64,000 nt of DNA from a virus. The stretch is from positions 1 to 64,000 of IMG/VR virus record IMGVR_UViG_3300033179_000001; one strand, 5' to 3'. The notes beneath the pieces are model-generated. The model had not been told where the DNA came from. It did not search any database and worked only from the letters and a program-made list of their open reading frames with translations. The position numbers and the translations under genes were made by a program. Positions 38,291-47,602 of this stretch are shown here, one piece after another. Position 1 is the stretch's first letter. Each line of letters opens with the position of its first letter.

Positions 38291-39222
38291 TCGCTTTTCT
38301 CCTCAATTTCCTTTGTCAGTCGTTCAGCTTCGATGTCAATCATCGCCTGCATGTCGGCAAGTAGGCCCGGCCCATGGAATACCGGCCTGAACAGATGGCC
38401 AAATGCCTGCAGCATTTGTTTGTAGTGATCGGCCTGCGCAAGTTGATATCCCGCCACACGATATTCACGCGGCTGCGGAAAAGACGGACCCATTCCAATC
38501 TTGACGTTGTAGATGTCGCCCAAAAACTCTTTCGTCGAATCCGTGAACGGATAAGCATGGTGCTCATCGTCAGACATTCCCATACATGAATCAAATCCAA
38601 AGAAATGGAGTTCGTTGAATCCCATCATCATCGCCAACGTCATTGCCCGGAGACCGACCGTACAGCCCCCTCCGACCGCGACCCATCCAGGGGTCTTTTC
38701 TTGAAGATATTCACGAGCATCTTGATCGCCAGCGCCAATCGGCCAGCAATGCCACATCGTGACATCATAACCCTTAAGCGCTTCAAACACCGTCGAATTA
38801 CAATGGCTCGAAATCAGATACTTCGTGTTTTTATCCGGTGCCCTGAGATAGTTTGCCATCACAGGATCAGGATCACATACCGCGCAATAGGTTGGAACGC
38901 GCGGCGAGTTCGCCTGTAGCCAATCATGTGCTGATCCGCATGCAATGATCGCCTGAAAGTCCATCAATTCCGAAATTGTATCGCGGATCGACGGACCTCC
39001 CCCAACCAATGCAATGCGACGACCAGGGACAAAGTCCTCTTGCTTGACCGGAAACTTCTCATGAAACCATGGCAATTGTCGCCCAATATTAGCGCGGACG
39101 TTGTTCATGGATTCTTCTGAAGGCGTTGCCGTCTGTGTAGTGACACCGGCAAGCCGGTTCCAATACAAAGACGACATCGCATGCTCTTGCATTTCTGGAG
39201 TAGGGAAATCGAGTTCCGCCAT
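38287..39222 (-). CDS. DUF115/MAF_flag10 (Maf-like) putative nonulosonate glycosyltransferase
   Basis: IALVGGGPSI...IIACGSAHDWL...PTYCAVCDP...GGCTVGLRAMTLAMMMGFNELHFFGFDSC...HAY. Confidence 0.75.
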   Translation of the reverse strand: MAELDFPTPEMQEHAMSSLYWNRLAGVTTQTATPSEESMNNVRANIGRQLPWFHEKFPVKQEDFVPGRRIALVGGGPSIRDTISELMDFQAIIACGSAHDWLQANSPRVPTYCAVCDPDPVMANYLRAPDKNTKYLISSHCNSTVFEALKGYDVTMWHCWPIGAGDQDAREYLQEKTPGWVAVGGGCTVGLRAMTLAMMMGFNELHFFGFDSCMGMSDDEHHAYPFTDSTKEFLGDIYNVKIGMGPSFPQPREYRVAGYQLAQADHYKQMLQAFGHLFRPVFHGPGLLADMQAMIDIEAERLTKEIEEKSE

Positions 39223-39223
39223 C

Positions 39224-39775
39224 TTACTGCGTCGTCCCTCTCATGTACGCAAAGACCAACTCCAGCGCTGCTGTAGTGCTCACCAGCGACACAGGAATCG
39301 CCGCGTTGGTCAATGCGGCATTGGTTGCTGACGATGCAACAGTGGTCGTAATAGACCCTGGAGACGAAGACGAAATATACAGCGTAGCCTGTGCTGCGGC
39401 CGTAGAAAGAACGTTGACCAGCGCGCCACCACGGCCCGCCACCATCGCCCAGAAGTAATCGCCGGCATTCGCAACAGACACCTGAAATTCCGCCAGTCCG
39501 AGTGTCTTCGAATTTGTGACACCGTTGGCAGTCGACCAGTCGCAGTTGTTCGCATTGAACGATTCGTCGATCTTGACGATATTCAAAGCAGTAACAGTCG
39601 TGCTCGCTTTCACGCGAACCCACTGAGACCCACCGATTCCTTGGCAAATATCGCCAAGGGCTGCTGACGGTCCCGGAATTTCCGGGGCAGTCGTGACCGA
39701 AATCGTCTGAGGGTTGTTCAGATCAACCCCCGCCTGATTGTCGACCGTGTAGAAGTTCGTGATGATAGTGGCCAT
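39224..39775 (-). CDS. capsid decoration/cement-like protein, Ser/Thr-rich
   Basis: Directly downstream of the capsid gene; GSQWVRVKAS...AGDYFWAM. Confidence 0.7.
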   Translation of the reverse strand: MATIITNFYTVDNQAGVDLNNPQTISVTTAPEIPGPSAALGDICQGIGGSQWVRVKASTTVTALNIVKIDESFNANNCDWSTANGVTNSKTLGLAEFQVSVANAGDYFWAMVAGRGGALVNVLSTAAAQATLYISSSSPGSITTTVASSATNAALTNAAIPVSLVSTTAALELVFAYMRGTTQ

Positions 39776-39835
39776 AGCCGTTTAACTCCTGTTTTTCCCT
39801 CTGAGGCTTCCTGACGTATCAGAAAGCGCAGCAAC

Positions 39836-41618
39836 TTATGCCTTAATGACCCCCTGAAGGAAGGCACAAGAAAGCGTTGCGTTCCCCGCCCATCCAATGA
39901 GCCGGACCATCGCGTCCTGATTTACGCTGAACCGATCGGGATCGAGCGGGACCATGTTACGTCCTGCATACGGCCTCCAGTGGATGAAGTTCGTATTCAA
40001 AAAGTACATGTGATTGCTGGGTGCGCCGCCGACTGCGGACGTACCTGAGCTGGTCTGGAACGGCAGCGGATCGCTTGACTGTCCCTGATAGCCACCGTCG
40101 AGCACGACATCGGCGTTCAGGTACTTGAGCGTCTCGAATCCGAGGTTTGCCAACTCAGTATCGCCCGCAAGCCGCTGGATGGCCTGCAGTGAGGACAGAT
40201 AGAAGCGATACATGTTGTTGTCGGCGACGATCAGGTCGGGATGGTCGTTACCCCGAACCAACTGGACGTAAATCTGGTCCATGTAGTCCTGGATGTTGGC
40301 CGCGCTGCTCGGTGCACCGCCGTTCGTCGCGGCAGAGAACGTGATGTTCTGCCAGAACGAGAACTGCGACCGATCAATGCCGCCAACCGTACCGGTGGTC
40401 GGAGAATCCGCCACAAGCAACTGAAGTCCGCCGATCGAGTTCGCAACCGTGCCGTCACCATATGCACCCTGTGAAAGACCGTTCAAGAACGTGCGTTCGC
40501 CGTTCTTCACGCGACCTTCAAGCAGGTTGATGATGGCTTCCTCGCCTGAGTTCTGGATTTCCTCCAGACCAGAAATCGAGATCGCCAACGCAGACTGACG
40601 AATCGGAAATTCCGCCGCAGTAAACGTCTGCGAAGGAGAAATGTTCAACGATTGATATCCGCTGTACCAGACGAAGGTCGAGTTGTTGTTGTAATCCAAC
40701 TCCTGGACGATCGTTCGGCCGCCGTCGAAGGTTTTGATATTGCCCTTCTTGTTCAACCGATGGAGCAGCGCGTTGTTTCGCAACTTTTTCTCTATGTTGG
40801 CTCTTTATCCAACATTTCCTGCATGTCGCCATGCAGAGAAGACCATCTCATCATCTTCCTAGCCCGCTTGGTTGCGCTGATCTTAGCACCGTGGCCTTTC
40901 GGCTTACCAAGTTGTGCCAATCTACGTTTTTCGTTCGCCTTGGGTGACCAGCGGTCGCCAACTGAATGGCGGGACGCCTCAACACCTTTCTTGATGGCCT
41001 CGGGTGAAAGTTCATAAGCCAGCCTGCTTTGATTGTAGAGCAGACCTTGCTCATTGAGGTTGGCCATCCAACGATGTTCGGCCTTCCTCTTATTTTCAAC
41101 CGAACCTTCGATTTCTTCCAAAAGTCTCATTGCGAAAGCTTGTGAACCATATTGGTTCCAGTCTCTTTGCAATTCCGGCTCAGCATGTTTGCCCTTATTG
41201 AGAAGGCATCTATGTTCCCTGAACCGTTTCGACAGTTTGGCCTTTGTTGATTTATAGGGTCGTATTGTGTTTGCCCTACCGTCACCAACGCTACCAACAA
41301 GGGTTTTCATCGAAGTTAGGTGAACTATTCCGTAGATCGCTGCCATTCTGGAATCCCATCTTTGGCATTACTAGAAAGAGCCGGGCGCTCGTGGATGGAT
41401 TATTCTTTCGTCACCATCTGGTCGTTAGAGCTTCCACCGCCCTAGGGCTTTCGCCTTACATCGGTGGCTTGCTACGGGATTGTCTCAGTCTCCCTGAGAG
41501 GTTCCCCGTTTCACCCGGTTTTACGTCTCCCGAAGTCTTAAGAGACGTTGTCTTGGAGAGACCCCGTGCGATTCCGCAGCGTGGTCGTAACAATTTCAGA
41601 GAGGCCGGGAGAGGCCAT
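39836..41618 (-). CDS. major capsid protein, spliced: exon 1 41618-41541, exon 2 40780-39836 (340 aa)
   Basis: Exon 1 MASPGLSEIVTTTLRNRTGSLQDNVS joins in frame to RNNALLHRLNKKG...; follows the scaffold gene. Confidence 0.9.
40781..41540 (-). mobile_element. group I intron (760 nt) in major capsid gene
   Basis: 5' exon ends in U; P1 ACGUCUCU/GGAGACGU with U.G at the splice site; intron starts UAA and ends in G; P10 UUCG/CGAA; P7 candidate GACCA/UGGUC. Confidence 0.92.
40792..41346 (-). CDS. intron-encoded GIY-YIG homing endonuclease
   Basis: AIYGI...LVGS...KRFREHRCLLNKGKH...LQRDWNQYG..AF...LLE...E...YN; NUMOD-like C-terminus. Confidence 0.85.
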   Translation of the reverse strand: MAAIYGIVHLTSMKTLVGSVGDGRANTIRPYKSTKAKLSKRFREHRCLLNKGKHAEPELQRDWNQYGSQAFAMRLLEEIEGSVENKRKAEHRWMANLNEQGLLYNQSRLAYELSPEAIKKGVEASRHSVGDRWSPKANEKRRLAQLGKPKGHGAKISATKRARKMMRWSSLHGDMQEMLDKEPT

Positions 41619-41639
41619 GGCACATGTCCCCCTGTGGGG

Positions 41640-42896
41640 TTAGTGCTGCGTACCCCTTAACTCGGCAAGAGCGCGGGAGATGCTTTCCCGTGGCGTTTCG
41701 ATCCTTGGCGCGTTGGATTGGCCGCTTGGGACAGTACCGGCTGGGGCTCCGGATCGCACGCTTGCGCCTGCTTTCCTCGCCTTCTCGGCTGCCGTTCTGG
41801 CGTCCTTGTCACGCTTCGCCTGATCATCTCGCAGGAGCGTTTCGCGCACTTGTGGGTGCGCGTAAATCGCTGCCTGATAGGCCGCATCCATATCGATGGC
41901 GCCGTCCTTGATGGTGTTGCTGACTTGCGGTTGCCCTGCGTTGATAAGTGCAAGGTCCGAATTGATCAGGTTTGCCATCAGACCACGTACCGTTTCGGCG
42001 TGCGGCTTGTCTTTCGACCAGTTTGTCCACGTTTGTTTCGCGGCATTTGCAGCCGCAGCAGCATTCTGCTCCTCGAATGACTTGATACGAGTTTCGAGGT
42101 TCGTGATCACCGGTCGGAGATTTTCAGGTATCGTATTGCCTTGGTCAGCATCCGCTTTCTTTTCCGGAGGTTCGGTGGCGGACGCAGCAGGAAGGGTTGC
42201 TGGGTCAATACCAAAGGATTTCCCGAGTGCAATAAATGCCTGAACCTTGTTGGGGCCAGCAAGCTCCATATGCCATTTGAAGAGTTGGGTAATGGCTTGG
42301 CCGGGTGTGACGTTGTTTTGCGTCATCACGGCTTTGTATGGTGCAACTGCGGTATCGATATCCTGGTATCGTGTTCGTAGTTCCTGTACGCCCTTCTCGG
42401 TGTCGGCCTCGCGCCGAGTAATTGCCGCGCGTGCGGCCTCGGGTAGGTCATTCCAAAGGGCTTTTTCTTCCTTGCTCCATGCCTTGGGCGCGGCGGACGT
42501 AGCCTGTGGGGCCGTCTCGGTGTTGCCTTCGGTCGTGGTCTCGGAACCGGGTTTCGCAGTGGTGTCGCCAGCGGCGCCTTCCGTCTGCTTGGATTTCGTA
42601 GCTGCCTTGGTCGTCTTCGCCTTAGCGGCGGCCTCAGCCTTTTCCTTGGTCTCTGCCGTAGCGCGCTTGATGCTCTCGGTAATTGTCTCAACGCGCGGCT
42701 TGGAATGATCTTCGACGGCTGCGGCAGTTGTGCCGCCCGTGTCGCCAGATTGCGTTTCGCCGCTTTCTACGTCGCCGCCCGTATCGTCGGTTACGGTCGT
42801 TTCAGTATTGGTCCCCTCATCGGTGCCGCCGGCATCAGAACCGGGGACATCAGGAGGCGAAAATGCAGCAACAGATGAAAGCCAATTTCTTATCAT
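41640..42896 (-). CDS. capsid scaffolding protein
   Basis: Acidic N-terminus, APKAWSKEEKALWNDLPEAARAAITRRE; directly upstream of capsid. Confidence 0.75.
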   Translation of the reverse strand: MIRNWLSSVAAFSPPDVPGSDAGGTDEGTNTETTVTDDTGGDVESGETQSGDTGGTTAAAVEDHSKPRVETITESIKRATAETKEKAEAAAKAKTTKAATKSKQTEGAAGDTTAKPGSETTTEGNTETAPQATSAAPKAWSKEEKALWNDLPEAARAAITRREADTEKGVQELRTRYQDIDTAVAPYKAVMTQNNVTPGQAITQLFKWHMELAGPNKVQAFIALGKSFGIDPATLPAASATEPPEKKADADQGNTIPENLRPVITNLETRIKSFEEQNAAAAANAAKQTWTNWSKDKPHAETVRGLMANLINSDLALINAGQPQVSNTIKDGAIDMDAAYQAAIYAHPQVRETLLRDDQAKRDKDARTAAEKARKAGASVRSGAPAGTVPSGQSNAPRIETPRESISRALAELRGTQH

Positions 42897-42917
42897 GGTT
42901 CCTCCAATAACATTGAA

Positions 42918-43226
42918 TTATCGATTTCGCAACTGATCAATTGCTCGTTTTATATCTGGCCCGGCTCGCGGCGGCTCAATCCACTTGCGCGGCTTTGCGG
43001 TCGCTTCATTGCCAACACAAGTCGCGCCGATTGCCTTGTCCTCTTTCCGGAAGGCCGATTTACTATCGAGCATTCGACCGGTGCCCATATGGCGAAGGTG
43101 CGTCCCGAGGTCATCCCGAATAACGTTCGGTGCATCGCTATGCTTCACGAACCGCACGCATTCAGTCGGCCACGGCTCCTCAAGATCGTGCCAATTCCCG
43201 CAGACTTTGCACATTCTTTGGGCCAA
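42918..43226 (-). CDS. conserved head-module protein
   Basis: TGRMLDSKSAFRKE.KA.G..CVGNE. Confidence 0.65.
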   Translation of the reverse strand: MAQRMCKVCGNWHDLEEPWPTECVRFVKHSDAPNVIRDDLGTHLRHMGTGRMLDSKSAFRKEDKAIGATCVGNEATAKPRKWIEPPRAGPDIKRAIDQLRNR

Positions 43227-44159
43227 TCATTCCTCCAGCAACATCCGAATAATCATTTCGTCATCACTATCCATTTCCTCTTTCGTTGCAAGGCGAAATG
43301 GTGGCGGATTCACATGCAACGTTGGCACCGGGCGGTGAGGTGGTGCCATAATGAGAGATGGCATCTGCACCGGTTTGATAAGCCGATTGATTGGGATAAG
43401 GAGGTTCGGGACACGCGCGACCGGCGCGGGTTCTTCCTCCTGCGTGGGTTCGTTCACCCATCTTTTATTTACTTCGTCGTAATATTCCTGCTCATAAACT
43501 GTCGGATGGCGGCGATGATAACTGCGAACTGGCCAGCCGTAATCATGCTTGTCAGCCTTCGGACTTATCGGTGCCTTGAACTCGTAAGTCCACCATTGCG
43601 GCTGTTGGCCATATCTCGTCCAGAGTTTAGCCGCTCGCCCCGGCGCAAACGGCATAAAATCAATGCCGATGAGATTGACCGGAACAATGGTAAATCCTGT
43701 TTCACAGTAGGCCACCCAGTCTTTAGCCAACCGAGGCGGTATCGGTGGCTGACTAAACGATGTGAAGAACGAAAGCGTCGTAGTCTGGACAAAATAGTCC
43801 CCAGAAAATGCAATCCAGTCTCTGGCAAAGTTGCGTGGCCGTGGCGGCGGTGTGAATTGCGAGAAAACCGACGAAATCGGTAGTGTCTCGACATAAACAT
43901 CACCGGAAAACGCGATCCAATCTCGCGCAAAATGCGGCGGTTTTGCCGGTGGATCAAAGTTTGTAAATGGGAATAGAACAGCAGGAGGACCAACGATGGT
44001 CCTATCGTAAAAGGCTATCCAGTCCTTAGCGAAGTTAAGGGGCCGAGGCGCTGGCGGCCAGATATTGAAATCGCCAATAATATTCGCTTGCGCGGGGCTC
44101 GGGTTTGATACTTGGCCAAGCGCTTGCCGTCCAGTCGCATCAAACCCGAGAAATGACAT
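43227..44159 (-). CDS. Pro/Phe-rich repeat protein
   Basis: Four PP.P...(F/L)A(R/K)DW(I/V)A(F/Y) units. Confidence 0.65.
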   Translation of the reverse strand: MSFLGFDATGRQALGQVSNPSPAQANIIGDFNIWPPAPRPLNFAKDWIAFYDRTIVGPPAVLFPFTNFDPPAKPPHFARDWIAFSGDVYVETLPISSVFSQFTPPPRPRNFARDWIAFSGDYFVQTTTLSFFTSFSQPPIPPRLAKDWVAYCETGFTIVPVNLIGIDFMPFAPGRAAKLWTRYGQQPQWWTYEFKAPISPKADKHDYGWPVRSYHRRHPTVYEQEYYDEVNKRWVNEPTQEEEPAPVARVPNLLIPINRLIKPVQMPSLIMAPPHRPVPTLHVNPPPFRLATKEEMDSDDEMIIRMLLEE

Positions 44160-44183
44160 TTACGGTCAATCGTTGAAGCCTCT

Positions 44184-44663
44184 TTAGTCCGGGAAGAACA
44201 GACCAAACCAAGAGGTGTGAGCCGGGTTAGGATCGATAGTGACGGTTCCAGGAGATGCCGAAGCCTGAACGTAATTTGAGATTTTCCAACTATCCCCGCT
44301 ATCGACATGAACAATTGCGGTGAATTGGTTCTGTCCTGTGTTCGGATAACTTCCCAAGGTACCGATCGCCGCCATATCCTGACTAATTCCGCCCTCCGTC
44401 TTGTTGCTGCCAAGACTGTCTGTTCCGATCAACTTAGCAGTCATGCCATAGCCTTGCGCATTATAAACGCCGGCTTGGTCCCAAACCTGCCAACTAGCCA
44501 ACAGAAGACCGGAAGCGAGCGGCTTCCATACATGGTTGGTCGTATCGAACCATCCTGTGGTGTCACGGGAAACCGCGTTCCAGTTCACTTGAACATAGTT
44601 CAGCGGCGAAGGAGGTGTGAATGTCTGAGCCGCGCTAAGATAAGCCCTAAATGACGGTATCAT
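44184..44663 (-). CDS. C1q-like / beta-sandwich virion protein
   Basis: PSFRAYLSAAQT...DTTGWFDTTNHVWKP...G. Confidence 0.6.
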   Translation of the reverse strand: MIPSFRAYLSAAQTFTPPSPLNYVQVNWNAVSRDTTGWFDTTNHVWKPLASGLLLASWQVWDQAGVYNAQGYGMTAKLIGTDSLGSNKTEGGISQDMAAIGTLGSYPNTGQNQFTAIVHVDSGDSWKISNYVQASASPGTVTIDPNPAHTSWFGLFFPD

Positions 44664-44676
44664 ATTTGTATCCTTG

Positions 44677-45597
44677 TCAGGTGATGTTGAAATTTGCCGC
44701 TTTTTGGAATTGAGGCCCCGGAAGGTTGAGGGTTACACCGAATCCCATACTGCCAACAACGGAAACTGTACCCCCCGATCCGCCTAGGGTAAACGATGAC
44801 GAGCCAAATTCATGGCCAGTGAAGGATGCAAAATAGTTGTTTGAAATATTGATCGGCGAACTCGTGATGCATCCATTAAAGATGTTGATTGAAGCCGTCC
44901 CGGTATATCCATTTTGGATATTGAGCGAGTTCGTGAAATTCCCTGAGAAATCACACTGTTGGAAATGATTCTCTTGCGATGTTGCCCCCGGATATCCAGT
45001 TCCCTGCCAAAAAGCAAAGCGTTGGCTGCCGAACGATCCATTCCCATTGAACATACAGCGATTGTACCAGTTAGCTCCGTTGGAAACGACGCTATCAAGA
45101 CAACCGTTAAACCAACTGTCAAAGCAATGCGAATCGATACCTTGGGTAAACAGACCAGCGCTGCCGTAAAATGATGTTACGTGCGAGATGTTCGCCGGAA
45201 CATTTCTAGCAACCGTAATCGCATTTGAGCCAATGAGCGCAGGGTTAGGGTTATAATACCCCTGCACGGTCAGATGTTCGAGCCCACATCCACGCACACA
45301 ACTCGTATCAAAATTCAGCGCATTAACGTTCGTCGTGAACCCACTCAAAAATGTGCCATTACGGCCCGATCCGATCAATCGAACGGCACCCTTAATATTG
45401 ACCGTATTGGTTATCTGAAAGATTCCAGGAGGCATGAAAACAACGCCTCCGTTGTAAGTGGTATGCATGTAGTCGATGGCTTGCTGAATGAGAACTTCAT
45501 TCGATGGATTCGACGGGTCAGCACCCCAAGCCGCAACATCAGTCCAAGGCTGTCCGGTTTTGAAGTAGAAATTGTCAGTTATGATCTGGTTCGTCAT
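44677..45597 (-). CDS. beta-helix protein, paralogue of 23945-25072
   Basis: YFKTGQPWTDVAAWGADP...VSNGANWYNRC.F.GNGSF.SQR.AFWQG shared with the paralogue. Confidence 0.75.
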   Translation of the reverse strand: MTNQIITDNFYFKTGQPWTDVAAWGADPSNPSNEVLIQQAIDYMHTTYNGGVVFMPPGIFQITNTVNIKGAVRLIGSGRNGTFLSGFTTNVNALNFDTSCVRGCGLEHLTVQGYYNPNPALIGSNAITVARNVPANISHVTSFYGSAGLFTQGIDSHCFDSWFNGCLDSVVSNGANWYNRCMFNGNGSFGSQRFAFWQGTGYPGATSQENHFQQCDFSGNFTNSLNIQNGYTGTASINIFNGCITSSPINISNNYFASFTGHEFGSSSFTLGGSGGTVSVVGSMGFGVTLNLPGPQFQKAANFNIT

Positions 45598-45599
45598 TT

Positions 45600-46811
45600 T
45601 TACATCCTGAACATACCTGTGAGAGTTGCTGCTGTATTTACATTCATCGTATTGGCGTGCGTAGCGTCCCCTTGCTCATTCGCAGAAACAATCTGCACAC
45701 CAAGCAATGGTCCTAATGTTCCACTTGATGATGCCATGCTATCCACCGCAGTCGTGGAAGTCGTAACGACACTCAAACTTGGAACAACAAATGTTGTCGC
45801 TGAATTAAGACCAATTCCCACGAAACTAAAACTGCTTGCAGTAGCAGTAGTGGTTATACGTGTAGCATAAGAATAAACAAAACCGTCTTCAGCTAGTCCG
45901 GACAGATATGTAATCTGATTTCCGCCACTAGCTCTTGCTTGCCTGACCGTGGCTGAGGAATAGGTATACGAAACTCCATTATCAGTTACGCTAGTACCTA
46001 TGATGACCCGGTTATATGTGTTCCAAACACCAAGGAAAGCCGCCGTTCCCCCCGATGCTGCGGCTCCAAATATCCAATCTAATTGGGATGATCCGTTGCT
46101 TCTCGTCGTTCCTACATATGTTCCGCGAGATGCCGCTGGCCCGTTGGTGATAGATGCATTATTGAGCAAGACACCGTTAACCATAACGAGCGCGGTACCG
46201 GCTGAACGTGCGGAATCGCTGGTCCAATCAGGGCCGTGGCCTATGCGCGTCGTTCCCGCGTCATCCCAGACGAACCAATCATTGACTTTGCTAGCCCCTA
46301 TGGCAGCCGGACTTTTGGTGGTGTCAGTAGTCGCAACAGATAATTCCGCGAAGGCTACATTCCTGAAACTCACACCGTCATAAATCGGAACCTGATTCCC
46401 GACATATGGCGTGTAAAATATCGTCGTCTTAGCGCTTTGCGTCGTCGTCATGACCGGTGTAGCGGTCTGCAGCGTCAAGCGTCCCTGTGGAGGATTAATG
46501 AACACCAAGTCTTCCGCGAGAGCTACCACCGAGACTTGAGGTGCGGAGGAAAAATTGATCTTTGCCGTAGTGCCAGCCGAATTGAAAAGAACCGTCGCCC
46601 TAGTCAGAACCGTTCCCGCAGTGGTGTAGACCCCATAACCTATTTCCCACTGAGTGAGGTCCGAACTTTCAGCCCGATATCGATAGGTGCCGTTATTGGT
46701 TGCGCCTGCGCCGGCCGGCGTCTGATACCCGGTAACAGCGGACGAGACGGTCCAATCCGTAGTCCCGCCTGCAGTCGGGTTGAATTTACAGACATCAAGG
46801 AAAGAGGCCAT
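45600..46811 (-). CDS. Ser/Thr-rich virion (head fibre-like) protein
   Basis: QWEIGYGVYT...LTR; PQGRLTLQTATPVMTT...IFYTPYVGN. Confidence 0.65.
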   Translation of the reverse strand: MASFLDVCKFNPTAGGTTDWTVSSAVTGYQTPAGAGATNNGTYRYRAESSDLTQWEIGYGVYTTAGTVLTRATVLFNSAGTTAKINFSSAPQVSVVALAEDLVFINPPQGRLTLQTATPVMTTTQSAKTTIFYTPYVGNQVPIYDGVSFRNVAFAELSVATTDTTKSPAAIGASKVNDWFVWDDAGTTRIGHGPDWTSDSARSAGTALVMVNGVLLNNASITNGPAASRGTYVGTTRSNGSSQLDWIFGAAASGGTAAFLGVWNTYNRVIIGTSVTDNGVSYTYSSATVRQARASGGNQITYLSGLAEDGFVYSYATRITTTATASSFSFVGIGLNSATTFVVPSLSVVTTSTTAVDSMASSSGTLGPLLGVQIVSANEQGDATHANTMNVNTAATLTGMFRM

Positions 46812-46812
46812 G

Positions 46813-47115
46813 CTAGGTCCCTATCGCGATGATAGGGGTTCGTTCCCACTCCGCAAGTTTGGCGCGTTCCGCACCATCCGCTTCCATCTGCTCAATCATC
46901 TTTTCGGTTGGAATACACTTCGCTTTCTTTACGCATTTCGGACAAATAATTCCCATGCATTGCCGGCAAAGACCACCAAAATCGGCCGGATCACAGTATG
47001 GCTCAACCACGATCACGAAGCAGCAATGCTGACAGGTCGCAGTATCGCGCCGAAATGTTCCAGCCTCGCCATAGCTTTCTAGAAAGCCTGTCGATTTTCC
47101 GTAGCGCAACGACAT
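46813..47115 (-). CDS. Zn-finger protein
   Basis: CQHC, CRQC, CPKC...C; ATG at 47115. Confidence 0.65.
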   Translation of the reverse strand: MSLRYGKSTGFLESYGEAGTFRRDTATCQHCCFVIVVEPYCDPADFGGLCRQCMGIICPKCVKKAKCIPTEKMIEQMEADGAERAKLAEWERTPIIAIGT

Positions 47116-47119
47116 AGGA

Positions 47120-47593
47120 TTACTCCTGGAAATACAATCCAGTCTTAACCGATGCCGAGTAGGACGGTGATAGCGCGCGGAACGCAAAGCCGTTGAACGA
47201 TGTTGCAGGCCAAATCAGCATCTGGCTTTCCTGTGCCGCTGTCCATCGCTGCGAATTGCGTTGGTTGAGTGCGACGGAAAAAACCGTGCTATTGGCCGTC
47301 ACGGCGTTGGACGCTGCAGTCCATGCGAGAGCGGCAGAAGTCTGCAATTCCGCAGGATCGGTACATTGCGGCGCGTAAGAGCTTCCTGAAAGCGCAGATG
47401 TTGTCGATCTCGAAAGATCATATGCGATCGGCGTATCTGTTGCTGACGGTGCCGAAGCGGCCCCCATCAACAACTCATAGGTTCTGCCACGTCGCAGTGC
47501 CGAACCGTTGCTGGAACTGGCGTAAACCAACACACCGTTGGAATTGAACGCTGCGGAGGCAGTCAAACTGCCATCTATATAATAATAGGGCGA
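47120..47593 (-). CDS. Ser/Thr/Ala-rich virion-like protein; no canonical start at the SD-defined position (TCG)
   Basis: GGAGG-N5-TCG CCC TAT...; alternative TTG at 47566 has no SD; in frame with the upstream TAG. Confidence 0.65.
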   Translation of the reverse strand, partial: SPYYYIDGSLTASAAFNSNGVLVYASSSNGSALRRGRTYELLMGAASAPSATDTPIAYDLSRSTTSALSGSSYAPQCTDPAELQTSAALAWTAASNAVTANSTVFSVALNQRNSQRWTAAQESQMLIWPATSFNGFAFRALSPSYSASVKTGLYFQE

Positions 47594-47602
47594 TTTCGCC
47601 TC

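Noticed and set aside
37415-38425. Long antisense ORFs (for example 37415-38425, 2770-3732, 43089-43883)
   Set aside because: Shadow frames of GC-rich genes with Arg-rich, non-protein-like composition
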